A stretch of DNA of 26,899 nucleotides from Candidatus Methylomirabilia bacterium. Its GTDB lineage: Bacteria > Methylomirabilota > Methylomirabilia > Rokubacteriales > CSP1-6. Where the stretch lies: the NCBI GenBank assembly GCA_041492755.1, contig JBGPXN010000054.1:1-26899 (forward strand), given 5' to 3'. The notes below the pieces were generated by a model, which was not told the DNA's origin, did not search any database, and saw nothing but the letters and a program-made list of their open reading frames with translations. Positions 6,739 through 16,063 of the stretch are shown here, piece after piece. The number at the start of each line of letters is the position of its first letter. The stretch's first letter is position 1. A program made the position numbers and the translations under genes.

Positions 6739-8187
6739 TCAATCGCGCTGGGTGGTGTAGAGGATCGACGTCCGCGAGTTCGCGCGGTACCGGAACGGCG
6801 CGAAGTGCACGTCGTAGCCCGCGCGCGCCGCCACCGCCGCCAGCAGCACGCCGTTGACCCAGTTGACCACGGACCCGTCGAGCTTGCCGGGGCCGCGGAA
6901 GCCGTGGCGGTACTCCTCCATCGCGCTCACGAAGATGTCCTGCACCTGCAGGAACCCCCGCGGGTGCAGCAGGGGCAGGGTGTTCACGAAGCTCTCAGCG
7001 GCGCCGCACGACAGATGGAACCGGACGTCGTCGGGGGCGCCGGCGAGCAGGTCTTCGAGGTGGCCGGCGTGCAGTCCCGCCGACACCGGCACGTCGGCGA
7101 TCCCGCCGAGCACCCGCAGCCGCTCTTCCAGATGCAGGCCGTCCCAGACCGCCCGCCAGAACGCGGCGCCCCGCGCGCGGTCGCCGATCACGTCCGGACC
7201 GATCTCGAGCAACCGTTCCACCGTCGGCGCCAGCGCGGCCGGCGCCACGCCGAAGTCCGCCGCGATGCGGGCGGCGGCCGGCGCCGGCAGATAGGCGCGC
7301 GCCTCCACCAGGTACAATCGCCCATCGCGCCGGACCACCTCGTCCACCGGCAGGTTGTCGTACACGTTGGTCAGGTGGACGTAGAGGATCTTGTAGCGGA
7401 GGAAGGACAGCGTCTTGAGCGGATTGACGGCATCCATCGCGAGCATGCTCACCGTCTCGCGGTGGCGGTCGAGGGTGGCGAGCGCGCGGTCGAGGGTCGG
7501 CATCGAGTAGTCGCCGAGCAGGAAGCGCAGCCGCGGGTAATAGCCGGTACCGCGCTCCTCGTCGAGCGCCTGGAAGCGATCGAGCCAGAGGGCGGCGCGG
7601 GCGCCCGTCCCCACGCCGATCTCGAGCACGAAGATCTCGGCGGGGAGCTGGCCGCGCTTGTCGATCTCGCGCAGCAGCGTCCAGAAGTCCGCCACCGAAT
7701 CCGCCACCGCGTCGGGGTGGTTGGCGTCGGAGCGCCCGCTGGGCAGCGCCTGCTCGAACCCGCGCCCGGTCGCCGCCTCCCAGTCGGCGAGCCGTTGCCA
7801 GAAGAGCCGGTTGAAGCGCCAGATGATGCTGTCCCGGAGCGGGACGAACTCGTCCAGGTACGCGCGGCCGTCCTCGTCCACCGCGTCGCTGCCGATCGTG
7901 CGGAGCGCGCGCCGGAGGCCCTCGCGCACCGCCTCCGCCGTGGCCTGGCGCAAGTCGACCGCGATCTCGGCGAGGGCGACGGGCCGTCCGCCGTCGTCGG
8001 TCGCCCGGCGGACGATGACGGGCTCGCGGAAGTTGGCCCGGTACTGGATCCAGTCCAGGTGCAGGCGCAGCCCGGCCAGCAGCCGGGTGTCGAGGGGCTC
8101 CTCCTCCAGCAGGGACAGCAGCGCGCCCACGGTCTCGCTGGCACGCGTGGCGAGGCCGGGCTGGAGGTGATTGACGTGCAGGATCAT
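6739..8187 (-). CDS. Putative class I SAM-dependent methyltransferase (MidA/NDUFAF7-like) with unknown N-terminal domain
   Basis: Motif I-like VLEIGVGTG, acidic LLGDYS, TNVYDNLP resembling MidA-family NE.FDALP; GC3-rich codon usage; abuts the next gene. Confidence 0.65.
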   Translation of the reverse strand: MILHVNHLQPGLATRASETVGALLSLLEEEPLDTRLLAGLRLHLDWIQYRANFREPVIVRRATDDGGRPVALAEIAVDLRQATAEAVREGLRRALRTIGSDAVDEDGRAYLDEFVPLRDSIIWRFNRLFWQRLADWEAATGRGFEQALPSGRSDANHPDAVADSVADFWTLLREIDKRGQLPAEIFVLEIGVGTGARAALWLDRFQALDEERGTGYYPRLRFLLGDYSMPTLDRALATLDRHRETVSMLAMDAVNPLKTLSFLRYKILYVHLTNVYDNLPVDEVVRRDGRLYLVEARAYLPAPAAARIAADFGVAPAALAPTVERLLEIGPDVIGDRARGAAFWRAVWDGLHLEERLRVLGGIADVPVSAGLHAGHLEDLLAGAPDDVRFHLSCGAAESFVNTLPLLHPRGFLQVQDIFVSAMEEYRHGFRGPGKLDGSVVNWVNGVLLAAVAARAGYDVHFAPFRYRANSRTSILYTTQRD

Positions 8188-8224
8188 CGGGCCTTGGCCG
8201 GCATGATTACACGCGTTGATTTTA

Positions 8225-8300
<76 letters not shown>

Positions 8301-8311
8301 CCGGGACGACA

Positions 8312-8340
8312 ACGATAGCAGACGGGCGAAGACGCGTCTA
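8312..8340 (-). promoter_or_regulatory. Putative sigma70 promoter of tRNA-Phe
   Basis: Minus strand TAGACG-N17-TATCGT with extended -10 TG, 11 bp upstream of the tRNA. Confidence 0.55.
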
Positions 8341-8353
8341 CGCGGCGCCAAGC

Positions 8354-8791
8354 CTACTCGACGACGGTGACGACGCCGAGCTGCCGGTACTTCTCCATGT
8401 AGAGCGTGACGATCAGCGTCTCTCCGGGCACGAGCGGGCGCGTGAACTCCGAGAAGACGACGCGGTGACCGCCCGGCTGCAGGCGCACGACCGCATGGCC
8501 CGGAATCTCCAGGCGCCCGACCGGCTCGCCGGCGGGGCCCACGAGCTGACTGCGGCGCGCCACCGGCGCTTCGGCACCATAGAGCACGTCGCCATAGAGG
8601 CTCGTGCTGTCGAGGTCCACGAAGAAGTACGCGTTCGCGGCGTCGAGGACGAGGCGGCCGTTGCGAGGCTGGATGCGGACGCCGCCGGTGTCGGCGACCT
8701 GGGGGTAGATGGTGCAGCCGGCGAGACCGAGCAGCCCGAGCACGAGGAGGAAGAGCCGCGGACGACACGCGCGGAGCGGACCGCGCGTCAT
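8354..8791 (-). CDS. PCu(A)C-like lipoprotein lacking the canonical Cu ligands
   Basis: Lipobox LAGC; AYF...D.L.GAEAPVA...LEIP....V.LQPGG....F....PL.PGE...VTL.MEK pattern of the PCuAC fold; ATG at 8791 (ORF-track start at 9076 overlaps the upstream gene). Confidence 0.65.
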   Translation of the reverse strand: MTRGPLRACRPRLFLLVLGLLGLAGCTIYPQVADTGGVRIQPRNGRLVLDAANAYFFVDLDSTSLYGDVLYGAEAPVARRSQLVGPAGEPVGRLEIPGHAVVRLQPGGHRVVFSEFTRPLVPGETLIVTLYMEKYRQLGVVTVVE

Positions 8792-8819
8792 CGATCCCCC
8801 GGTTCGGCGATCGGCGCCG

Positions 8820-10142
8820 TCATCGACCCCGGAAGGCGCCGTCCTCCACCATGGCGCGGAAGGCTCGCGCGTAGGCGGCGACCGTCTTCTCGATCTCCTC
8901 TTCACCGTGCACGGCGGAGATCCAGCCGTGGTGTGTCGAGCAGTCGACGCCGTCGTTGAGCAGCGCGCAGCGCAGCAGGTGGTAGAGATCGCCCGGGCGC
9001 GGACGGTCGAAGCCGGCGAGTCCCGGCTTGCCCTCGAACGAGACGTGGTAGATCGACGCCTCGCCGTACACCGCACCCGGCGCGCCGGCGCGCTTCAAAG
9101 CGTCGCCGAGACCGCGGCGTAGCTCCTCGCCCAGCTTGTTGGCGCGGGTCTGAAGCGCGGGGTCGGCGCACAACTCGAGCGTCGCGATCGCCGCCGAGGC
9201 GCACACCGGATTGGCGTTGAACGTCCCCGCGTGGGCCACGCGCTCGCCGCGGTCCCAGGTCGGATCGCCGCGGTGGGCGAGCATCGACATGACGTCGCGT
9301 CGGCCGCAGACGGCGCCCCCGGGCAGGCCGCCGGCGACGATCTTGGCCAGCGTGGTGACGTCGGGGACGACGCCGAAGTATTCCTGGGCGCCCCCGGGCG
9401 CGTAGCGGAAGCCGGTGATCACCTCGTCGAAGATGAGCACGACGCCGTGCCGTTGCGTGACGGCGCGCAGCTCTTGCAGATACCCCGGGATGGTCGGCGT
9501 GGTGCCGGACTGGCCGCCGGCGGGCTCCAGGATGACGCCCGCGACGTCGCCGCGCTCGAGCGCCGTCTGCACCGCCTTGACGTCGTTGGGCGGCAGCATG
9601 ATGACCTGGTCGAGCGTTGCGCCCGGAACACCACCGGAGTGCGGGACGTCGTAGGGCGGATTCACACCGACGGCGACGCCGTCGTGCCAGCCGTGGAAGT
9701 GGCCGGTGAACTTCACGATGCGCGGCCGTCCCGTGAAGGCGCGCGCGATCCGGATCGCCAGATGCGTGGCTTCCGTGCCCGACATGGTGAAGCGCGTGAG
9801 CTCGGCGGACGGGACGATCTGGTTGACCAGCTCGGCCCAGCGGACTTCCAGCTCGTGACATGCCCCCAGGTGCGTCCCGCGCTCGACCTGCGCCTGCACG
9901 GCCTTCACCACCGCCGGGTGGCAGTGACCGAGGAAGAGCGCGCCGTGACCCATCCAGTAGTCGATGTACTCGTTGCCGTCCACGTCCCACTTGCGCGGGC
10001 CGCTCGCGCGATCGACGTAGATCGGAAACGGCGTCAGATGCCGGATGTCGTGGGTGATGCCGCCCGGGATCGCGGTCCGGGCGCGATCGGCGAGCGCGAG
10101 GGACGTCGCGTGCTTGGCGCGATAGGTCTGGTGGATGGTCAT
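8820..10142 (-). CDS. Class III PLP aminotransferase, glutamate-1-semialdehyde aminomutase-like
   Basis: WDVDGNEYIDY, SGTEAT, HFHGWHD, LIFDEVITGFR, TTLAKIVAGGLPGGA (PLP Lys), HAGTFNANP; GAGGAAGG RBS before ATG at 10142. Confidence 0.9.
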   Translation of the reverse strand: MTIHQTYRAKHATSLALADRARTAIPGGITHDIRHLTPFPIYVDRASGPRKWDVDGNEYIDYWMGHGALFLGHCHPAVVKAVQAQVERGTHLGACHELEVRWAELVNQIVPSAELTRFTMSGTEATHLAIRIARAFTGRPRIVKFTGHFHGWHDGVAVGVNPPYDVPHSGGVPGATLDQVIMLPPNDVKAVQTALERGDVAGVILEPAGGQSGTTPTIPGYLQELRAVTQRHGVVLIFDEVITGFRYAPGGAQEYFGVVPDVTTLAKIVAGGLPGGAVCGRRDVMSMLAHRGDPTWDRGERVAHAGTFNANPVCASAAIATLELCADPALQTRANKLGEELRRGLGDALKRAGAPGAVYGEASIYHVSFEGKPGLAGFDRPRPGDLYHLLRCALLNDGVDCSTHHGWISAVHGEEEIEKTVAAYARAFRAMVEDGAFRGR

Positions 10143-10175
10143 GGCGCCTTCCTCATGGCGTTCCATCATACCCGA

Positions 10176-11141
10176 TCAGGGCGACCTGACCGCCGCCCGC
10201 CGAGCCGGCGTAGCGGGCGCCGCGCGTCGCAGCAGCTCCACCACCGCGGCATGGATCGTGAGGGGAAGGCCATCGACGGTCGGCTCGCGGTGGCGCAGGA
10301 GGCCATCGACGGCGCCGGCCCCCACGCAGGCTTCCACGAGCCGGCGCTCGTCGTCCGCGGTATGCAGCAGCGAGCGGCCGGTCAGGCGCTCGAGCCCGGC
10401 CACGATGCCGTAGGCGCCCCAGTTCGAGGTGCCGGCCACCACGAGGTGATCCACGCACACGACCGACGCGATGCGGGCCATAAGCGCGCCCTCGCGGGCC
10501 AGACGCCCGCGCACGTTGCCCATGCCGATCTCGTTGCCGCCGTCGCCGACGCCGATCGTGGTCGGCCGCCGGGCGCGGCGCCTGGCCGCACCGCCGGCGC
10601 TCGCGCCGCGGCGAGGGCGTCCGGCGCCGTCGGCCAGGAACAATTCGTCGAGCGGAGCGTTCCAGCCGCCGATCGATTCACCACGCGCGCTCAAATACTC
10701 ACCGGAGCGCGAGCGGCCGGGCCGCTCGATGGCCACGAGGTGGGTCGGCCGTAGACGCGTCAGAACCGCGCGGGCTTGCCCGGGCTCGTAGATCGTGACG
10801 TCCGTGGGTGCACCAAGACTGCCGACGTCCGCCGGCTCGCCGAGACTCTCGAGCGCGGCCCGCAACGGAGCGGACGCCGGCGCATCGGTCACGTGATGGA
10901 CGGCCACGCCGAGGCGGTGGAGGGCACGACCGAGCACGGCGGCGCCGGGTGGGCCATCCGTCTCCGCGATGCCGGGCGGAACGCTGAAGCCCGTGACGAT
11001 GAGCACGCGGCGCGCGCGCCGCAACGCTCGCGCGGCCGCCAGGGCCGCGCCCGGAGTGAAAAAGCCCGCGATGCCGCGCCCGCCGAGGTCCAGCGCGAGC
11101 ACGTGATCGATCGCGTCGAAAGCCGGAGCACCCGCGGGCAC
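10176..11141 (-). CDS. DUF4392 / D-glutamate cyclase-like protein
   Basis: VLIVTGF, ETDGPPGA, VAIERPG, GVGDGGNEIGMG, SNWGAYG motifs. Confidence 0.82.
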   Translation of the reverse strand: MPAGAPAFDAIDHVLALDLGGRGIAGFFTPGAALAAARALRRARRVLIVTGFSVPPGIAETDGPPGAAVLGRALHRLGVAVHHVTDAPASAPLRAALESLGEPADVGSLGAPTDVTIYEPGQARAVLTRLRPTHLVAIERPGRSRSGEYLSARGESIGGWNAPLDELFLADGAGRPRRGASAGGAARRRARRPTTIGVGDGGNEIGMGNVRGRLAREGALMARIASVVCVDHLVVAGTSNWGAYGIVAGLERLTGRSLLHTADDERRLVEACVGAGAVDGLLRHREPTVDGLPLTIHAAVVELLRRAAPATPARRAAVRSP

Positions 11142-11220
11142 GGGTCAGGACGCTATCACCCGGGTGCTGCGCCCGGCAAGCGCGGGGATCTCGACGCGCG
11201 CGCGAACGCTCCCCCCGACG

Positions 11221-13014
11221 TCAGCGGCCCGCTTCGTACAGGACGGCCTGAAACGGCGCCAGGGGTGATCCACTACCCTCGGCTGGCCCGAAGCGGCGAT
11301 CGCGGCTGTCCAGCAGCAAGCGCCAACGCGGCTCCGGCGGCGGCAGCGCCTGCCGCGCGTTCGTGAGATTGGCGACGAACAGCACGGCCTCGCCGGACGG
11401 CGCGTGCCGGGTGACCGTGATCACGTTGCCCGCCGCATCCCCGGAGGCGTCGACCCGGTTCTTGTGACGGGCCCCGAGCGCCGGGTGCACGCGGCGCAGC
11501 CAGAGCCACGTGCGGTAGTACTCGCGCAGGTCGCGGTGGCGCGGCGCGCCCGCCAGCGCGTGGCTCAGCCGCGCGCGCACGAACGTGGCCGGGTCCCCGG
11601 GGTCGGGGATCGTGCCCTGCCAGGCGAAGCGGCTGAACTCCGCGGCGCGCCCTCGGCGGACGGCGTCGGCGAGGCCGCGATCGAGGAACGACGTGAAGTA
11701 CTGGAACGGCGCGGTCTCGCCGTACTCCTCGCCCATGAAGAGCAGCGGCAGCCCCGGCGTGATGAAGAGCAGCGCGGCCGCGAGCTTCACCGCGTCGAGC
11801 GGCACGATGCTGCCGAGCCGGTCGCCGAGCGCCCGATTGCCGACCTGATCGTGGTTCTGGATGGACAGCACGAAGTGTTCGGCGCCGAGGTCCCGGCTGG
11901 GCGTTCCGCGCGCGTGGCCGAAGTATTCGGAGGGCTCGCCCTGGAACGCGAAGCCGTCACGCATCGCCTTGGCCAGATGCGCGGCCGGCCGGTCGAAGTC
12001 GACGTAGTAGCCGCCGCGCTCACCGGTGAGGCGCACGTGCAGGGCGTGGTGGAAGTCATCCGACCACACCGCATCGAGCCCCAGCCCGCCCTCGGCGGTG
12101 GGCAGCACGATGCGACGGTCGTTGTCGTGCGACTCCGCCATGACGTGCACGGAACGGCCGAGCTGGCGTCCTTCCTCGCGCGCCGCCTCCGCCACTTCGG
12201 TGAGAATGTGCACCGGACCGCCGTCGAAGATCGAATGGATCGCGTCCAGCCGGAAGCCGTCGACGTGGAACTCGCGCACCCAGCGGCGGGCGTTCTCCAC
12301 GAAGTGCCGGCGCACGCCGGCGCTGTCCGGGCCGTCGAAATTCACCGCCGAGCCCCACGGCGTCTTGTAGCGATCCGTGAAGTACGGACCGAACTCGCCG
12401 AGGTAGTTCCCCTCGGGGCCGAGATGGCTGTAGACGAGATCGAGGATCACCGAGATTCCACGGGCGTGGCCGGCGTCGACGAGGCGGCGCAGGCCGGCCG
12501 GCCCTCCGTACGTGGATTGCGGCGCGAAGAGATGGACGCCGTCGTACCCCCAGTTGCGCGAGCCCGGGAACTCGGCCAGCGGCATGAGCTCGATGGCCGT
12601 CACCCCGAGGTCGACCAGCTCGCCCAGGTGAGGGATGACGGCCTCGAAGGTCCCCTGGGCGGTGAACGTCCCCACGTGCATCTCGTACAGGACCAGGTCG
12701 GCGAGGGCGTGGCCGCGGAAGTGCCCGTCCGTCCAGTTGAAGCGGCCGGGATCGACGACGACCGACGCGCCGTGAACGCCATCCGGCTGCCATCGGGACG
12801 CCGGATCCGGCCGGTAACGCTCGCCGTCCAGACGGTACTGGTAACGCGCGCCCTCGTCCAGGCCGGGCACGATCGCCTCGAACATCCCATCCGCCGCCGG
12901 GGACAGCGGCTGCGGTCGCTGGCCCTCGATGACCACGTCGACCGAGCGGCCGCGAGGCGCCCACACGCGGAAACGGACCCGGCCTTCGAGAAGGCTTGCG
13001 CCCAACGCGTTCAT
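11221..13014 (-). CDS. treZ: Malto-oligosyltrehalose trehalohydrolase (GH13)
   Basis: FRVWAP, YEMHVGTFT, RNWGYDGV, HLGPEGNYL, DGFRLDAIH, WSDDFHH, QNHDQVGNR, LFMGEEYGE; start could be 13014 (ATG) or 13059. Confidence 0.95.
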   Translation of the reverse strand: MNALGASLLEGRVRFRVWAPRGRSVDVVIEGQRPQPLSPAADGMFEAIVPGLDEGARYQYRLDGERYRPDPASRWQPDGVHGASVVVDPGRFNWTDGHFRGHALADLVLYEMHVGTFTAQGTFEAVIPHLGELVDLGVTAIELMPLAEFPGSRNWGYDGVHLFAPQSTYGGPAGLRRLVDAGHARGISVILDLVYSHLGPEGNYLGEFGPYFTDRYKTPWGSAVNFDGPDSAGVRRHFVENARRWVREFHVDGFRLDAIHSIFDGGPVHILTEVAEAAREEGRQLGRSVHVMAESHDNDRRIVLPTAEGGLGLDAVWSDDFHHALHVRLTGERGGYYVDFDRPAAHLAKAMRDGFAFQGEPSEYFGHARGTPSRDLGAEHFVLSIQNHDQVGNRALGDRLGSIVPLDAVKLAAALLFITPGLPLLFMGEEYGETAPFQYFTSFLDRGLADAVRRGRAAEFSRFAWQGTIPDPGDPATFVRARLSHALAGAPRHRDLREYYRTWLWLRRVHPALGARHKNRVDASGDAAGNVITVTRHAPSGEAVLFVANLTNARQALPPPEPRWRLLLDSRDRRFGPAEGSGSPLAPFQAVLYEAGR

Positions 13015-13111
13015 ACGGTCCAATGTCCTTCGGACGAGCCGCCGGGCCGGTCCGGCCACGGCGAATGGTTAAGCCTCGCCCCTGGCCCATAACTTGAAAG
13101 GTACGCGCCGA

Positions 13112-14806
13112 ATGGGCTCTCCGTTCTCACTGGTTCTCCATACCCATCTTCCGATGGTGGTCAATCATGGCCGCTGGCCGCACGGCAGCGACTGGCTGTG
13201 CGAAGCCACGTTCGAATGCTACCTCCCGCTGCTCGAAACCGCGCATCGGCTCGTCAGCGACGGAATCTCGCCCAAGTGGACGATCAACCTCTCCCCGATC
13301 CTCACCGAACAGCTGGCCTCCCCCGAGTTCCAGAAGGAGCTCGCGTTCTACTACGAGAACATCCGCCGAACGTGCGTGGAGAGCCGCGAGCACTTCACCC
13401 AGCAGGGTGAGGGGGAGATCGTCCGCCTCACGCATTTCTGGGAGGATTTCTACGAGCGGATGTGGGAGCTGCACCGTCGCATCGGCGGCGACATCCCCGG
13501 CACCTTCGCCGAGCTCGAGCGCAACGGCCACGTCGAGATCATCACGTGTGCGGCGACCCACGGCTATCTCCCACTCCTCTCCCGCGACGAGTCGATCCAC
13601 CTGCAGCTCGCGACCGCGGTGGCGACGCATCGCCGGCACTTCGGTCGCGCGCCGCGCGGCATCTGGCTGCCCGAGTGCGCGTACCGGCCGCGATACGAGT
13701 GGACGCCTCCCACCGGGCGGGACCGCGGCACCAACCGCCGGGTGCGTCCGGGCCTCGAGGAGATGCTCGCCGCCCACGGGCTCCAGTACTTCATCGCCGA
13801 CTCCCATCTCATCGCCGCCGCCCAGCCGCTCTTCCTGTATCGCGACTACATCCCGCTGCGCGGCCAACTCGGCGAGCCGGCCGCGGAGATGCCGCGCGCC
13901 AACCGACGCTCACCGTACCAACCGTACCGCGTTGCGTCCCGCGGGGGAACGGGTTCCGCCGTGGTGTTTTTCCGCGACCCGCGCACGACGCTGCAAGTCT
14001 GGAGCCGCGAACACGGTTATCCCGGCGAGCACGCGTACCTCGAGTTCCACAAGAAGCACTTCCCCGGCGGGCTGCGCTTCTGGCGCATCACGGACTCGGC
14101 CAACGATCTCGGCTCGAAGCTGCCCTACGACCCCGACGTCGCCGCCGGAAAGGTGGGTCTCCAGGCCGGCCACTTCGTGGAGCTGGTGCGGGAGACGCTG
14201 GAGAAGGCGAGCGCGGACGGGCCCGCGATGGTCTGCTCACCCTACGACGCCGAGCTGTTCGGCCACTGGTGGTTCGAGGGCCCGGCGTGGCTCGAACAGG
14301 TCGCGCGCGGCTTCAAGCAGGCGGGCATCACGCCGATGACGTTGACCGAAGCGCAGGAGGTGGTGCCGGCCAAGCAAACCGTCACGCTCCCGGAAGGCTC
14401 GTGGGGCGAGGGCGGGGATCATCGCGTCTGGCTCAACCCGGACACGGAGTGGACGTGGGACCGCGTGTACAGCGCGGAGAACGAGTGGGTGCAGCTTCTG
14501 CAGCACCAGAACAGCGGGAACGCCGACCTCCGCCGCGTGGTCGCGCAAGCCACGCGCGAGCTGCTGCTGTTGCAGGCTTCCGACTGGCAGTTCCTCATCA
14601 CCACCTGGGCCGCCCGCGACTACGCCGAGCGGCGGGTCGCCGAACACTACGCGCAGTTCAAGCGGCTGAACGACATCGCGCGCACGCTGGCCGGCGGCGA
14701 GCCGCTGACGGTGGAGGCGGCGGAAACGCTGCGCCGGCTCGAGCGCGAGGACTTCTGCTTCGCCGACCTCGATCCGACCTGGGGTCTGGAGGAGCCGCGC
14801 AGCTGA
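13112..14806 (+). CDS. GH57 1,4-alpha-glucan branching enzyme (DUF1957 C-terminus)
   Basis: LVLHTHLP, ATHGYLPLL, GIWLPECAY, PYDAELFGHWWFEGP, SWGEGG, RELLLLQASDWQF. Confidence 0.93.
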   Translation: MGSPFSLVLHTHLPMVVNHGRWPHGSDWLCEATFECYLPLLETAHRLVSDGISPKWTINLSPILTEQLASPEFQKELAFYYENIRRTCVESREHFTQQGEGEIVRLTHFWEDFYERMWELHRRIGGDIPGTFAELERNGHVEIITCAATHGYLPLLSRDESIHLQLATAVATHRRHFGRAPRGIWLPECAYRPRYEWTPPTGRDRGTNRRVRPGLEEMLAAHGLQYFIADSHLIAAAQPLFLYRDYIPLRGQLGEPAAEMPRANRRSPYQPYRVASRGGTGSAVVFFRDPRTTLQVWSREHGYPGEHAYLEFHKKHFPGGLRFWRITDSANDLGSKLPYDPDVAAGKVGLQAGHFVELVRETLEKASADGPAMVCSPYDAELFGHWWFEGPAWLEQVARGFKQAGITPMTLTEAQEVVPAKQTVTLPEGSWGEGGDHRVWLNPDTEWTWDRVYSAENEWVQLLQHQNSGNADLRRVVAQATRELLLLQASDWQFLITTWAARDYAERRVAEHYAQFKRLNDIARTLAGGEPLTVEAAETLRRLEREDFCFADLDPTWGLEEPRS

Positions 14807-14810
14807 TGCG

Positions 14811-16049
14811 ATGAAGCGTTCGCGGGTCCTCACGATGGTCATGGCCGGCGGCAAGGGCGAGCGCCTGCAGCCGCTCACGCGGGACCGCTCCAAGCCGGCG
14901 GTGCCCTTCGGCGGCCGCCACCGCATCATCGACTTCGTCCTGTCCAACTTCGTGAACTCCGATCTGCACGCCCTGTACGTCCTGGTGCAGTACAAGTCGC
15001 AGTCGCTCATCGAGCACCTCCGCCAGACGTGGCGGACCTCCGGGATGATCCCCGACTATTTCGTGACGGTGGTGCCGCCCCAGATGCGCGTGGGCTCGGC
15101 CTGGTATCGGGGGACGGCGGACGCGGTCTTGCAAAATCTGAACCTCATCGACGACTTCCAGCCCGACGTCGTGGCCATCTTCGGCGCCGATCACATCTAC
15201 CGCATGGACGTGAACCAGATGCTGAGCTTCCATCGCGAGTCGGGCGCCGACGTCACCGTGGCCGCCCGTCCTGCCCCCATCGGGGAGGCGTCGAAGTTCG
15301 GCGTGCTCGGCGTGGACGCGAACGGACGCGTCGTCCGGTGGGAGGAAAAGCCGGCGCAGCCGACCCCGATGCCGGGCGACCCTCGGCGCGCCCTGGTCTC
15401 CATGGGCAACTACCTGTTCAAGCGGGAGGTCCTGGTGGAGACGCTGATGGACGACGCGCGGCGGAGCACCGACCACGACTTCGGCCGCACCATCATCCCG
15501 GAGCTGGTGCCCGGCGGGCGGGTGTTCGGCTACGACTACCAGACCAACGAGGTTCCGGGCGTCAAACCGTACGAGGAGCAGGCCTACTGGCGCGACGTCG
15601 GGACCATCGAGGCGTACTGGCAGGCGCACATGGACCTGCTCGGCGAGTCGCCGCGCTTCGACCTCGACAATTCGGCGTGGCCGATCCGCACCGGCGCGTC
15701 CGCCGGGCCGTCGGCGCGGTTCATCGGCGCCGACGTCGACAACGCCCACGTGGGCGAAGGCTCGCTGATCAAGCGCGCCACCGTGCGCAACTCGATCCTG
15801 GGCCGCAGCGTGTGGATCAACGAGGGCGCCGTGGTCGAGGACTCGATCATCATGGACCACACCACGATCGGCAAGGGCGCGCGCATCCGGCGCGCGATCG
15901 TGGACCGCTTCAACATCATCCCCGCCGATGCCGAGATCGGCCTCGAGCCCGCCTCCGACCGGCGCCGTCATCACGTGGACGTGTCGGGGTTGGTGGTCGT
16001 TCCCCGCGGCGGGCGCCGCGAATTCCTGCTGGGACTCGAGGAGCTGTAA
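14811..16049 (+). CDS. glgC: Glucose-1-phosphate adenylyltransferase
   Basis: MAGGKGERLQPLT..RSKPAVPFGG..RIIDFVLSN, WYRGTADAV.QN, ADHIYRMD, EEKP, DFG..IIP, YWRDVGT. Confidence 0.96.
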   Translation: MKRSRVLTMVMAGGKGERLQPLTRDRSKPAVPFGGRHRIIDFVLSNFVNSDLHALYVLVQYKSQSLIEHLRQTWRTSGMIPDYFVTVVPPQMRVGSAWYRGTADAVLQNLNLIDDFQPDVVAIFGADHIYRMDVNQMLSFHRESGADVTVAARPAPIGEASKFGVLGVDANGRVVRWEEKPAQPTPMPGDPRRALVSMGNYLFKREVLVETLMDDARRSTDHDFGRTIIPELVPGGRVFGYDYQTNEVPGVKPYEEQAYWRDVGTIEAYWQAHMDLLGESPRFDLDNSAWPIRTGASAGPSARFIGADVDNAHVGEGSLIKRATVRNSILGRSVWINEGAVVEDSIIMDHTTIGKGARIRRAIVDRFNIIPADAEIGLEPASDRRRHHVDVSGLVVVPRGGRREFLLGLEEL

Positions 16050-16063
16050 GGGGTCCCTTCGCG

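Noticed and set aside
8188..8224. SAM or other riboswitch ahead of the methionine-related operon
   Set aside because: Only 37 bp separate the tRNA and the start codon, with no aptamer motif
8820..10142. Gene symbol hemL
   Set aside because: Family-level similarity only; divergent motifs and no tetrapyrrole context
15029..16063. 1141-aa ORF suggesting a glgC-overlapping extension or frameshift fusion
   Set aside because: The N-terminal 345 codons are an alternate frame of glgC; GH57 motifs start at GTG 16064. The same applies to the extensions of ORFs 18240, 20331 and 20984
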